Below are positions 8,975 to 19,900 of a stretch of 64,000 nucleotides of DNA, piece after piece. Position 1 is the first letter of the stretch. Each line of letters starts with the position of its first letter. Location of the stretch: contig JBGQMY010000002.1 in NCBI GenBank assembly GCA_041500865.1, positions 1,982-65,981 of the forward strand, written 5' to 3'. Made by a program: the position numbers and the translations under genes. The notes beneath the pieces were generated by a model that worked only from the letters and a program-made list of their open reading frames with translations, was not told the origin of the DNA and did not search any database. The stretch comes from Candidatus Micrarchaeia archaeon. Its GTDB lineage: Archaea; Micrarchaeota; Micrarchaeia; Anstonellales; J096.

Positions 8975-10275
8975 GCTTTCACTTCCGAGACCATCTTTTT
9001 CATCTGCTGGAGCAGGTAATCAACTGGAAGGCCGCTGAACAGGAAGGCCGCGGCCCTGGCATGCCCTCCCCCTGACGCATTGTCCTTGTACTCGGAAACA
9101 AGCGCCTTCACAAGCTCGTTGGCCCTGACGCCCTTGTCATAGGCCTTGTGCCCGACCCTGAGTATCAGGGACTTTTCGGAGTATCCTATGACAACGACGT
9201 CCTCGTCCCCTGCCATCTCGTACGCCCTTGTCGTCATCTTGCCCCTGCCAGGGAACTCCGAGCGCTTGGCCGCCCTGTCAAGGTTCACAGTAATAAGCGT
9301 TATGCCGTTCCCAAGCATTTCCTTTTTCATGTTCTGGCTTATGGCGCTTGAGACGTTTTCAATATGCTCCTTTGCCTTTGCCAGTATGCTCTGGTACAGC
9401 GCATTGTCTCCCATCAGGTCCTTGTAGAACTCCAGCCTGTTGCCGAAAGACGAATATGATGCTACGAAATCAAAGACAAGCGCCCTTTCCCTGTCCTTTT
9501 CGGAAATTGGCATTATGCCGCTCTTGTCGCCTGCAAGCGATATGCCCACTGTGTCGGATGCGTCATAGCCAAGCAGCTTGACAGCCTCATATGCAAGGTA
9601 TCCGGCAGTGAACTTGCTGGCGTCCTCCTCAGGCCCATAGAGCCATGGGTTGAGCACGATGCCCACCCCCGCCAATGCCTGCGAGCAGGGATGGTGGTCA
9701 ATCGCCAGTATGCTTATGCCTGCTGATTTCACAAGGTCCAGCGCCTCCATGCTCTCGTCGTTGGTGCAGCAGTCAAGCAAAACCAAAGTCGGGAATGCCT
9801 CGAATTTCAGCTGCGCGATGTCGTTGAACGCGTCCTTGTTGCTGTAAACCGCGGAGTTGTGCTGCATCTTGAACCCGGAGATTGCCTGGGAGACTGAAAG
9901 CGCGGCAGATATGCCGTCTGCGTCCCCATGGAACCTCATTATGGTTTTTGGATGCATGATTGAAAGCGCCTTTAGGGCCTTTGCCGCCAGTTCAATTGCA
10001 GGCCTGCATTTCTCAAGCACAGGGGACTTGACAGTTGGGCTCCAGTCCCCTATTTTTATGCCGAGCATGCCAACGGCTTCTGCAAGCGTGGGGTTTTCCA
10101 ATTTTTCTATCTTGGACGGAATGACAATGTTATCCGATACCTCGCCGGTTATGCGGAGCAGGTCCAGCCTGCTGAACCGCTCATTGCTCTGCAGCGCGTA
10201 TTCGCATGCCCCGTCGGTTATGGAATGGCTTCCGGCATTTGCGCGCATTACGATTGCGTTAAGCTCTATCTCCAT
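8971..10275 (-). CDS. RecJ-like DHH phosphoesterase (OB + DHH + DHHA1)
   Basis: HGDADG, LLD, IDHH, and C-terminal GGGHARAA. Confidence 0.85.
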   Translation of the reverse strand: MEIELNAIVMRANAGSHSITDGACEYALQSNERFSRLDLLRITGEVSDNIVIPSKIEKLENPTLAEAVGMLGIKIGDWSPTVKSPVLEKCRPAIELAAKALKALSIMHPKTIMRFHGDADGISAALSVSQAISGFKMQHNSAVYSNKDAFNDIAQLKFEAFPTLVLLDCCTNDESMEALDLVKSAGISILAIDHHPCSQALAGVGIVLNPWLYGPEEDASKFTAGYLAYEAVKLLGYDASDTVGISLAGDKSGIMPISEKDRERALVFDFVASYSSFGNRLEFYKDLMGDNALYQSILAKAKEHIENVSSAISQNMKKEMLGNGITLITVNLDRAAKRSEFPGRGKMTTRAYEMAGDEDVVVIGYSEKSLILRVGHKAYDKGVRANELVKALVSEYKDNASGGGHARAAAFLFSGLPVDYLLQQMKKMVSEVKA

Positions 10276-11196
10276 CTACAGCTCCACCTTCAGGCCGTCA
10301 TAGCCAAGCAAAACGTTTCCCTTGAAGCGCTTCCTTGCCTCGTCCTCAAGCGCCTTTTCCCTGCCCTTGGCGTACCTTGGGCTTATGTGCGTCAGTATGA
10401 GCGTCTTTGCGCCTGACTTTGCGGCAAGCGCTGCCGCGTCCAATGATGTCGAGTGCCCCTTCCTGTGCGCATCCTTTTCCATGCCTGCGGAAAACGTGCA
10501 CTCGTGTATTATTGCGTCGCAGCCCTTTGCCAGCTTTTCCATGCCAGGGAACGGCGCAGTATCCCCGGTATAAAGGACCTTCAGGCCCTTTGTTTTGTAC
10601 GTAACTTCAGCGAGCCTTATCGTTTTTCCATTGATTATAAGCTTGCCCTTTTCCATTATCTCTGTGAACATCGGCCCTTTCAGCCCCATTGATTTTGCCT
10701 TTTTCTCGTTGAAGCGCACGCGCTCGTTTTCCTCAAACAGGAATCCGTAGCTGTCCTGCCTATGTTTCACTTTGAACGCGCTTATCGTGAAATCGCCGCC
10801 CTTGAGCAGCACGCCTTCCTTTATCGTTTTTACTTTTATGAAATCGGACTTTCTGGACATGATGTCCTCAAAGCCCTTTGGCGCGAAAATGCTGAACGTG
10901 TCGCCTTTTTCAATGGGCGATGCATGGCCTTCCGGGTAGCCGTAAAGCCCGAGCAGCCTCATGGTCTCAAGATAGCCGTAAAGCCCGAGGAAGTGGTCCA
11001 TGTGCAAATGAGTTATGAAGACATGGCGTATGCTGCCGAAGCCCAGCCTGTGCCTCATCAGCTCCCGCTGCGAGCCCTCGCCCATGTCCCAAAGGAACGG
11101 GAAGCCCTTCCAACTGAGGAAGATGCACGGCATCCCCCTTTCAGGGCTGGGCATGCCTGCGGACGTGCCTATTAATTGGATTGACATGCGTGCCAT
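10276..11196 (-). CDS. rnz: Ribonuclease Z
   Basis: GTSAGMP, D.GEG.Q, THLHMDH, YTGDT, IHECTF, GHST, LTHISPRY. Confidence 0.93.
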   Translation of the reverse strand: MARMSIQLIGTSAGMPSPERGMPCIFLSWKGFPFLWDMGEGSQRELMRHRLGFGSIRHVFITHLHMDHFLGLYGYLETMRLLGLYGYPEGHASPIEKGDTFSIFAPKGFEDIMSRKSDFIKVKTIKEGVLLKGGDFTISAFKVKHRQDSYGFLFEENERVRFNEKKAKSMGLKGPMFTEIMEKGKLIINGKTIRLAEVTYKTKGLKVLYTGDTAPFPGMEKLAKGCDAIIHECTFSAGMEKDAHRKGHSTSLDAAALAAKSGAKTLILTHISPRYAKGREKALEDEARKRFKGNVLLGYDGLKVEL

Positions 11197-11308
11197 TGCC
11201 GCCTTATTGCATGTGACGGTTTAAAAATGGCGTTCCCTTGCCGGATGGCGCATCCGTCGGAATCACATATGCTTTTTAACCTTATCTTTCAAATCAAACC
11301 GTGGTAAC

Positions 11309-12397
11309 ATGCAGGAACTCATAAATTCGGTGCTCAGCGAGAACAGGGCGAGGACTCCGGAAGAGATTGCGCCGGCATCCTCCCAGGCAGGAAACCCTGC
11401 GGTAAATCTCGACGAGGTTCTAAGGAAGGTCAGGATAACCGTCATAGGCGTCGGGGGAGCCGGATGCAACGCCGTAACGAGGCTGTTCCTTTCAGGCATA
11501 GAGAGCGCAAGGACGATAGTCATAAACACCGATTCAAAGCACCTGCACACGATATCAAAGGCGCATGAGAAGTACCTGTTGGGCAAGACCATGACAAGGG
11601 GCATAGGCGCAGGCGGCGACGCCGGTGTCGGAAGGCGGTGCGCGGAGGCAGACGCAGAGGACCTGCGAAAGCTGATAGGCGAAAATGAGATAGTCTTCAT
11701 CGCCGCGGGCATGGGCGGCGGAACCGGGGCAGGCGCGTCTCCTGTAATAGCAAGGATAGCAAAGGAACAGGGAGCCATGGTCATAGGCATAGTGACGTTC
11801 CCGTTCAAGCTGGAGCGCATAAGGGTAAAGAAGGCGCAGGACCATATCAGGGATTTGCTGAAGGAAGTTGACACATTAATCGTGATTGACAACAACAAGC
11901 TGGCGGAATTCGCCCCTAACCTTCCGCTGGACGCGGCGTTCAAGCTCGCGGACAGCATCATGGCAAGGGCGGTCAAGGGCCTTACGGACAGCATAATGCT
12001 GCCCTCGCTGATGAACATAGACTATGCAGACGTAAGAAGCGTCCTGAAAAACAAGGGCATAGCCATGATATCGCTCGGAGAGGGAAACGGCGCCAACAGG
12101 GTGCAGGATGCCATAAAGAACACGCTCTCGCACCCGCTGCTTGAAGTAAACTACGAGGACGCCAAGGGCGCGATAGTGCACATAGAGGGAAGCGAAGGGC
12201 TGACGCTCGGGGAGGCCATAACGATAGGGAACGAGATAACCAAGAGCTTCGACCCTGAAGCGGAAGTCAAGATGGGCGCAAGGATAAACCAGTCCTTGGA
12301 CGACACCATAATAGTGACTGCGATAATCACCGGCGTAAAGTCGCCGTCCATACTCGCAAAGGAAGGGGGAGGCAGCGAGACGCCGCTGGTGCTTTGA
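11309..12397 (+). CDS. ftsZ: Cell division protein FtsZ (FtsZ2-like motifs)
   Basis: GVGGAGCNA, NTD, GMGGGTGAG tubulin signature, IDNNKL, NIDYADV. Confidence 0.96.
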   Translation: MQELINSVLSENRARTPEEIAPASSQAGNPAVNLDEVLRKVRITVIGVGGAGCNAVTRLFLSGIESARTIVINTDSKHLHTISKAHEKYLLGKTMTRGIGAGGDAGVGRRCAEADAEDLRKLIGENEIVFIAAGMGGGTGAGASPVIARIAKEQGAMVIGIVTFPFKLERIRVKKAQDHIRDLLKEVDTLIVIDNNKLAEFAPNLPLDAAFKLADSIMARAVKGLTDSIMLPSLMNIDYADVRSVLKNKGIAMISLGEGNGANRVQDAIKNTLSHPLLEVNYEDAKGAIVHIEGSEGLTLGEAITIGNEITKSFDPEAEVKMGARINQSLDDTIIVTAIITGVKSPSILAKEGGGSETPLVL

Positions 12398-12417
12398 CAG
12401 TAAACGGTGAATGAAAG

Positions 12418-15414
12418 ATGTTCTCATTCGACAATGCGTTCATGCTAGCGATAATATTCTTTGCAAACATACTGCCTGGCATGCTGCTGGCGCTCGGCCT
12501 GCTCAAAGGCAACAAGGAATTGGGAATCATTGAAAAGCTGCTCATAGGCGCAACGCTCGGGTTCCTGCTTCCGGAGATGGTGCCGTTCCTGCTCTCAATC
12601 ATAGGAATCGGTTTTTCATACATGCTCGCGCTGGCATCAGTGGCGCTCATGTACGTTGCAGCCATAATATCAATCGCCTATGCGTATAAGGGAGAGAACG
12701 CAGCGGAACTTCTTAACTTCAAGAACATCAAGCTGGAGCCGCTTTCAATTGTGCTGTCCATACTGCTGATTCTGCTGCTGTTTTTCTCGTTCACCATAAG
12801 GCTCAGCTCCATAAGCCCCGTATACATGGAGCTGGACCCGTATTTCTATTCATACGGCGCGATATACATACTCGAGGACGGCGCAGTGCCGCTCCGCGAC
12901 AGCACGGCCTGGTGGCCCGAAAACGCAAGCTCGCACAGGGCCATGCCCAGCCTTATCTACCTGGAGTCCACATGGTACTCCTCCTACACCCACGGGGCTT
13001 CGGGGACAGTCAACTCGTATGTGCTCGCATACGCATCTAATTTCTATCCGCCGATAGCCGCGGCGCTGACCGTCTTCTTCATATACCTGTTTTTCAAGAT
13101 GGAATTCAACAGGGAGACCGGCCTTGCGATAGCGGCGCTTCTTTCACTGATACCAAGCTACCTTTTCAAGACGCTTTCCGGGGTTTTCGAGGCCCAGCCC
13201 ATGTCATTCCTTCTTTATACATCAATGCTGGCGCTCGCCTATGCATACCTTAAGACGAAGGACAAGGGGGCACTTGCGGCCCTTTCCCTGATATACATAC
13301 CTCTGCTGCTCGGGTCAACCGGCAGCGGGATAATGCCACTCATGCTTTCCGTAGTCATAACGATTCTGGTCGTGATGAACTTCGCAAAGTACCGCATGTC
13401 GGGCGGCAAGGACGAAAACCCGGCAAAGGACAACATGAGCTACCTCTGCCTTGCCGCGGCGCTCCTGGTGACATATACCGCATTCGCCATCCTGCAGGAC
13501 TATTACCAGGACGGGATGATAGGCTTCGGCTCAATAAGCTTCTTGGGGATAATCGCGCTGCCGTTTTTGCTTCCGCTTGCGCTCAAGTTCATTTATGAGG
13601 ACAAGGCAAAGATGGAAATGTTCATGAAGAACGAGTATACTGTCTATGCCGGCATATTGGTGCTGCTGATATTGTTCTTGGCGTCGCCGTTCGGCTCCGC
13701 CACATTGGACTATATAAAGCCGGCGTTCGCGGGCGGAAACTACAATTCTGTGCTTGAGCGCACGATTGCCGAGCACCAGCAGGCCGGGGACGATTTAAGC
13801 TCCGACTTGGGGGCGCTTGGCGGAACCATAAACATACCGGTGATAAAGGACATAATCGCATTCATCTCCGGCATTGTGAACTTCATGTACACCTTCGCAA
13901 TAGGGATAATCAATGCTGCATTTGGCCTTTATCTGCCCACAATAAACAAGAGCCCAAGCATAGCGGCTGTCGCAATGCTTGGTTTCATGGTGCTGACGCT
14001 CTATGAGATTGCCAAATTCCTCAAAAGCAGGGAAATACCGCTGCTTTTCGTGTTCGTGGCAGTGGTGTTCTATCCCCTGTCCATAGCCGGCCTGATAACG
14101 GCGAAGTTCACCATCTTTTTCACGTTTGCGTTCATATTGCTGATGGGATACGTGTTCGGGAAAATATATGGGATGGCAAGCGAGAGGCTCAAAAACTTCA
14201 AATTGGACAAGGAGGGCAGCCCGCTTCCAATAAGGCTTATCGTGTTTGCCGCGCTTTTCCTGATTCTAATCTATCCGGTGGTGCTTTCCTCCTTCTCAGT
14301 CAAGATGATGGCGCTTTCGCTGTCGCCGAAGTTCGGGGACAATCCCCATGCGTTTGACGCCAAGGCGGCCACGCTATGCAAGCTGATGGGGAACGACCAA
14401 GGCAGCGAGCCGTGCAAATACGCCGCAAACCCGGACCAGTACCTTTCAGAGATACAGAACCAGTATTCCTCGGACATGTGCTTCTATACGCTGCTTTACG
14501 ACAGCATAGTCAGCAACAAGAATGACGGGGACATGCAATCTGTCGCAAGCATAAGGTGCTCGGAGATATCGCCGCCTTGGATAACGGCGCTTGACTGGAT
14601 GGGCAAAAGCCTGCCGGCTGACGCCCGCGTCATGAGCTGGTGGGACTACGGCCACTGGACCAACTTCTTTGCCAGGAGGGCAAGCGTCATAAGGAACGAG
14701 CATGCGAGCATACCCATGATACAGGACGTTGCGCACGCCTTCATAATGGCGAACGAGACGGAAGCGATGGAGATAATGCAGAAATACGACTCGAAGTACC
14801 TGCTGGTGGACAGCGAGATTATACTCGGCTCCGGGAGTGTCTTCGGCGCCAAGTTCTACGCATTGAATTACCTCGCGTGCTCCAGGGACAACCTTACTGA
14901 TGTCTTTACGGCGCAGATGGGCTCGCAGTGCGAGTACGACAACCTGTGGGAGGAGATAGTTCCTACGACGGAGCCGTGCCTGATATCGCCGATTTCCCAG
15001 AAGTACGGCGTGGTTGCCAAGAAAAGGGTCGTGACGTCCGAGAACGGCATAGTCAAGAGCGTTGGCCTCGCACCCGCATACTGCATGGGAAACGTCACGC
15101 TGGCGAACGGCCAGCAGATGGCCGGAACGTATTACCTTGACAGGAAGGCGCCTTCCGGCGAGCTTATGCTCAACAGGGCCATACTGGAGCCGACCAGCCA
15201 GGGCAGCTACGTGCTGCTTTACACGAAAGACGTGGTATGGATGGTGAACGGCCAGCTGACGGACGGGTACGACGACAGGATAGGCAAGGGCAGGTTCTAC
15301 GACTCCATGGTGTACAAGGGGTTCGTGCTTGGCCAGCTGGACGGCTTCAGCAAGGTGTACGACAACGGGTACATCAAGATTTACGAGATAATGAACTACA
15401 CGCCCACAGGATGA
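12418..15414 (+). CDS. aglB: Oligosaccharyltransferase AglB (STT3 family)
   Basis: Many TM helices, ELDPYF motif, TIAEH, catalytic SWWDYGHW. Confidence 0.9.
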   Translation: MFSFDNAFMLAIIFFANILPGMLLALGLLKGNKELGIIEKLLIGATLGFLLPEMVPFLLSIIGIGFSYMLALASVALMYVAAIISIAYAYKGENAAELLNFKNIKLEPLSIVLSILLILLLFFSFTIRLSSISPVYMELDPYFYSYGAIYILEDGAVPLRDSTAWWPENASSHRAMPSLIYLESTWYSSYTHGASGTVNSYVLAYASNFYPPIAAALTVFFIYLFFKMEFNRETGLAIAALLSLIPSYLFKTLSGVFEAQPMSFLLYTSMLALAYAYLKTKDKGALAALSLIYIPLLLGSTGSGIMPLMLSVVITILVVMNFAKYRMSGGKDENPAKDNMSYLCLAAALLVTYTAFAILQDYYQDGMIGFGSISFLGIIALPFLLPLALKFIYEDKAKMEMFMKNEYTVYAGILVLLILFLASPFGSATLDYIKPAFAGGNYNSVLERTIAEHQQAGDDLSSDLGALGGTINIPVIKDIIAFISGIVNFMYTFAIGIINAAFGLYLPTINKSPSIAAVAMLGFMVLTLYEIAKFLKSREIPLLFVFVAVVFYPLSIAGLITAKFTIFFTFAFILLMGYVFGKIYGMASERLKNFKLDKEGSPLPIRLIVFAALFLILIYPVVLSSFSVKMMALSLSPKFGDNPHAFDAKAATLCKLMGNDQGSEPCKYAANPDQYLSEIQNQYSSDMCFYTLLYDSIVSNKNDGDMQSVASIRCSEISPPWITALDWMGKSLPADARVMSWWDYGHWTNFFARRASVIRNEHASIPMIQDVAHAFIMANETEAMEIMQKYDSKYLLVDSEIILGSGSVFGAKFYALNYLACSRDNLTDVFTAQMGSQCEYDNLWEEIVPTTEPCLISPISQKYGVVAKKRVVTSENGIVKSVGLAPAYCMGNVTLANGQQMAGTYYLDRKAPSGELMLNRAILEPTSQGSYVLLYTKDVVWMVNGQLTDGYDDRIGKGRFYDSMVYKGFVLGQLDGFSKVYDNGYIKIYEIMNYTPTG

Positions 15415-15471
15415 GCCTATCTCCAGCAAGGCGTAAGAACATTTTAAAACCCTTATTAACACAAAAGAAGC

Positions 15472-16506
15472 ATGCAAAAGCTTTCAGCATCAAGAAGGGA
15501 AAGGACAAACCAGCTCAGGCTGCTTCTTCCAAAAGGGAGCCTGAACACGCCTGGCAGGGGAGACACCTGCGGGATGATGAAAAAGGCCAAATATGACATA
15601 CTTGGATATGAGCCGGGCAAGGAAACCGAGCCCATAAGGATAGCGAACGACAGTGATATCCGCGTTATGCTCAGCAGGCCGCAGAGCGCGCCAACCGAGC
15701 TGATTCTGGGGATGGCGGATGCCGCAATTGTAGGCTCTGACTGGGTCAATGAAACGCAGGGCCTGAAAGGCAAACAGATAATTGAAATTCTTGACTTGGA
15801 ATATGGCAAAGCGGAGCTGGTGTTCGCATCATCAAAAAAATACCGCAGCCTGAACGCTTTTGTTGCAGCCATGGACAAGACCAATAAAGATATAGTGTGC
15901 TTTAGCGAATACGTAAATACCACAGCAGCCTTTCTGGCATCATGCGGCGCTTACAAGAGGATTTTTGGCAGCAGACAGCCCATGAAAGAGATAAGGGGCA
16001 CTGTGCTGGGCAGAAACAGCAAGGCCAAGGTTGTCATGAGCGACGGCGTCACTGAAGGGTATATTGCAAAAGGGGCGAACCTGGTCATGGACAATTCCCA
16101 GTCAGGAAGCACCATGGCAAGATACGGCCTTGAGGTTATTGAGGAAATCGGGACTTCGAGCGCGCGCCTTTATGCACGGGCAGGCGCATTGGCAGATTCC
16201 TGGCTTAAAGGCAAGATAGATGAGCTTTCAAGGCAGCTTGCCAGCGTAGTTGAGGGCAGCAGGAAATATTATGTTGTGTTAAACGTGCCCAGCGACCGCA
16301 TTGACAAAGTGGTTGAGTATGCGCGCTTGAACGGCCTGTTTGCGGATGAGCCAACCATCGTGAGCGGAAAGAAATTCTGCCAGATTAGCCTGCTGGTGCC
16401 AAAGGCCAACTGGCCCAAGATAAGCCAAGGCTTGGTAGAGCGGGGAGCCAGGAACATAATCCCGTTAGAACCCGGCTATGTGCTTGAAGGACTGCCCAAT
16501 ATTTAA
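15472..16506 (+). CDS. hisG: ATP phosphoribosyltransferase-like protein, long form
   Basis: LPKGSL, RPQ..P, DAAIVGSDW, LDLEYG, G.TEG, D..QSGST and a C-terminal regulatory-type domain. Confidence 0.78.
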   Translation: MQKLSASRRERTNQLRLLLPKGSLNTPGRGDTCGMMKKAKYDILGYEPGKETEPIRIANDSDIRVMLSRPQSAPTELILGMADAAIVGSDWVNETQGLKGKQIIEILDLEYGKAELVFASSKKYRSLNAFVAAMDKTNKDIVCFSEYVNTTAAFLASCGAYKRIFGSRQPMKEIRGTVLGRNSKAKVVMSDGVTEGYIAKGANLVMDNSQSGSTMARYGLEVIEEIGTSSARLYARAGALADSWLKGKIDELSRQLASVVEGSRKYYVVLNVPSDRIDKVVEYARLNGLFADEPTIVSGKKFCQISLLVPKANWPKISQGLVERGARNIIPLEPGYVLEGLPNI

Positions 16507-16566
16507 TAATGGGAATATCTGCCAATCCCCTTCCTTTTTTAACCCTTTGCGAGCTACAATAGAGGC

Positions 16567-16690
16567 GTAGGGATGGCGGAGCCCGGTCAAACGTGCCAGA
16601 CTCAAGGCGGAAAAAGACAAGGCGTAAATAAAGACACGTGAGACATCTGGTGCCCTAGCGGCTACGTGGGTTCAAATCCCACTCCCTACA
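16567..16690 (+). tRNA. tRNA-Leu(CAA) with a 38-nt intron at 37/38 (16607-16644)
   Basis: Acceptor GTAGGGA/TCCCTAC+A; anticodon stem CCAGA/TCTGG; CTCA:TGAG central helix with AGG and ACA bulges (BHB); long variable arm; GGTTCAAATCC T-loop. Confidence 0.93.
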
Positions 16691-16705
16691 CAATCCTTTT
16701 TCTTC

Positions 16706-16931
16706 AGAGAAGAAAAAGCCTTGGGAAAAAGAAGCTACTTTTGTCTTTTAGAAAAAGAAAGCTCTTGCGGAAAGAAAACTGTATTTGGTGTCTGTGGACA
16801 CAAGTTCCTCCCTATCCCCTGATTTTTGGGCTCTATTGAGCCAATAGTTGTTTTTTGCTAAAGCCTTTTCCAAAGAACAAATCGTCGTTTTTTGCTGGAG
16901 CTTTTTAAGAAAAAGCTCCGCGGAAAGAAAA
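16706..16931. repeat. Cluster of REP-like palindromic/A-rich units
   Basis: CGTTTTTTGCT-GGAGCTTTTT-aag-AAAAAGCTCC hairpin (16886-16919) and AAAGAAAGC..GCGGAAAGAAA units. Related copies at 21531, 37911 and 62205. Confidence 0.6.
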
Positions 16932-16970
16932 TTGTTTTGGCGCCGACTGACGCCATAAACGGTCTGGCGA

Positions 16971-19900
16971 TTAGCCCTTTGGCTTTTTCGGCTCTCTTGC
17001 GGCCACCCGTTTGTTGTAATCATCTATGACTTTTTGCTTGGTTTCGCGCAATGCCGCCTTTCTGGCTTCTTCATCAGCACTTTTCTGCATTTGTGATGCC
17101 GTTTCAGGCGCCTGTCCCAACGCCTGCTGTTCGGATTGCTTTGATGGCGGCTTTTCTGGGCCGCCTTCTTTGAAGACGACCCCGGTCTCTTTCTCTTGAG
17201 GCCGCTTTTCAGCGGGCGGCGGCTCTGCGGGAGGCGTTGGCCGCCCGCCAGGCCCGGATGGGGGCAGTTCTCCATAAAGCATCGGCGCCGGCCTCCCCCT
17301 CCCCCCAAAATATGTGTCATACGTATCAAGCGCGCCCGTGGTGACCTTGCCAATGAAATTATGATAATCCTCCAATGCCGCATAATCTGCCTTGGTGCCA
17401 TTCTTATCCTTAATCCCATCGTCAGATAATTCCTTGGAATATTCCTCTTTCGCACCAATTGCGAAATAATTGCGCAGGCAATCCTTATCATAGTCTTTGC
17501 TGATGAACGCCCTATGGAAAGTCTCATCCGAAGCTCCGGTCATGATGTCTGCAGCCGGGCTTGAATTTGCGATGTTCTCCAGCAGTCCGCTAAAATCAAA
17601 AAAAGACGCCGAAGTGAGATTTCTCCTGTTTCTTGTCTCATAAATGCGGTTTTTCATATCATCTTCAGTTACCTTGATAAGGTTCTTCTTTTCATCCTCA
17701 TAAAGATCAGAGACTACGAAGGAAAGCGACGAAAGCGCCAACGCCCCGGAAGGCGCGCCGCTGACTCCCCCGCCGCCTGCCGGCTTCGGGAACTGCCCCT
17801 GCTGCTCCAGCGCGCTCTTCATTATACTGGATTCATCCGCAGAAAGCTTGTCGAGATTGAACTGCTTCAGGATTTTATTTTCCCTGTCGTCCGGGATGGC
17901 AGTGCCATTCTTGTCGACCAGGTCAAACTTCTTTTGGTCAGGACTAAAGACAAGGAAGACATTTTCCCTGCCCTCATCCAGCTGGAACTTCTCCAACTTC
18001 TCATAAAGCTCCTTATGGGATTTCAGGTTATCCGTAGACGCCTTGGAAGTTAGCATGCCTTCCATTGAATCAAAAAGCTGCGCGACGACACCGGCTCTTG
18101 ATTCGACTCTTGATTCTGCCCCCCCGACCCGGGCGGACATGGCATCCCTAACATCCTGATATGGAATTACATCATTGGAACTGAAATAAGGCAGCACTTT
18201 TTCCTTTATGCTGTTCTTGGATGTCTCGTTGAATGCAGCATATATCTTCGTGAAACTCTCTGATGCATCTTTCATATTAAGCTCTGCCTTCACATCATTC
18301 CCTGTTATGCGCTCCCCGGAAGAATTGTTGATCTTAGTCCCTCCCTCATCTATGCCATTGAATACGAGGTCGGTGCCTCTGAGGCTATCCTTAATCGCGC
18401 CTACGTTTACATTTCTAAATTTGTCCAGTTCTGTGATAAGCTGGGATCTGTCATTTTCACCCATAGACTTGGTTGCGTCCTCAAGGGAAACTGCCTTGCC
18501 AGTTGCCTTGTCTCTCACCAAGAAATTGCCTTCAGAATCCGCTCCTGAGAATGAATAACCTGCCACGGCAGTGCCGAATATTGTATTTATATTTTTAAAG
18601 GTATCTGTTCCCAATGCTGAGGACGCTTTGGAGAAATCCGCCCATGAGTCCTCGTTCATCCTAGCCTTTGCCTGGTCCATGGTTAGCTTCTCTTTGCTTA
18701 CTTTGTCAACTATGACAATATCGCCATTCCTCCCATTGAAACCTTCCAGCGCCATGCCGTTCCTGTCCAATACATCGGCAAGCTTTCCCATAGGGACGAT
18801 TTGGGCTGCGGCAGCTCCTGCTTCAAGGTCTTTTTGATGCGCTATGCCGAGCGCTTTTTCAATTATGCCGGATGATGCCTGGATTGCCTCAGTCCTCTTC
18901 AGCGCCAAGTTCTCTGCTGTAAAGCTGCTCTCAGGCTTCGCGCCATTTGCCATGTCTGTTAGGGTTATCATAGAATAGGCATTGTTCTCAATGCCGTATT
19001 CCGATATTACCTTGTCTTTATTTTCACCGCTGATTTCCTTGCCATTCTTGGTTATTTTTATTTTATCGGATATTTCCATTCCGCTGGCGCCGGGAACCGC
19101 CGTTATGGTGTAGCCGTCATTTACCATGCCCAAAAGGCCGTTGACAACCTGCAGCTTTGCGCTGTTCGCGCTAACGTCTGTCCTTAGTTCCCTCTCCATT
19201 TTCAGCTGCTCAACCATATATGTTGCATTGGCCTGGTTGACATATTCAGGATGATCCGGGAACATTGCTTTCAGCACATTCTGCGGGGCATTGGCGTCTG
19301 TCCCAATCGCATTGAAATCCAACAAAAGCTTGTCGGCTCTGTCTTCCTCGCCGCTCAAGCGCAGCGACAGTGCTATCGCTGCCACTTTGTTTCCTATGGA
19401 ATTCTGGGCTATCTGGCTTATCTTAACTTGGAATTCTCTTTCCGGCTGCAGGATATTGCCCTCAAGATAATGCACCGGCAAATGCGATTCCCTCATCAGC
19501 TCCATCTGGTCATTCAGCATGGTGCCGTAGGCTATCTTCATGCCTATGAAATCCGAAAGCTGGTCCTTAAGTTTCTCGTCCTTAATGCCGCTTAGCCTGT
19601 TGTCCTTGCCGCTTTGGAGGTCTTTCATCTCTGAAAGCGTGAGGGAATCCTTGCTGAGCGCGGCAAAAAGGGCCTTGGCGGTGCCGGAGAGGCCCTCGTT
19701 CTGCTCTATCCTGGATTTCAAGGATGATATGTCATCCCAAAGCTTCGTCATCCCTTGCTTGTTTTCAGCTACTTTCTTGTCTGTCGCAGGGAAGCATTTC
19801 AGGACAAAGCCCGGCATCACGGAATCCCTTTCCTTGATTAGCTTCTCGTTCTCCTTTTCGAGCTTTTTTATGTCCTTGTTTGACGGATTGTTTTCCCTAA

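Noticed and set aside
14446..15477. Long antisense ORFs (343 aa here; also 47724-48860, 38151-39167, 59231-60082) and the alternate-frame ORF 31908-32999
   Set aside because: They shadow well-supported genes and have no motifs; expected from codon bias at this GC content.
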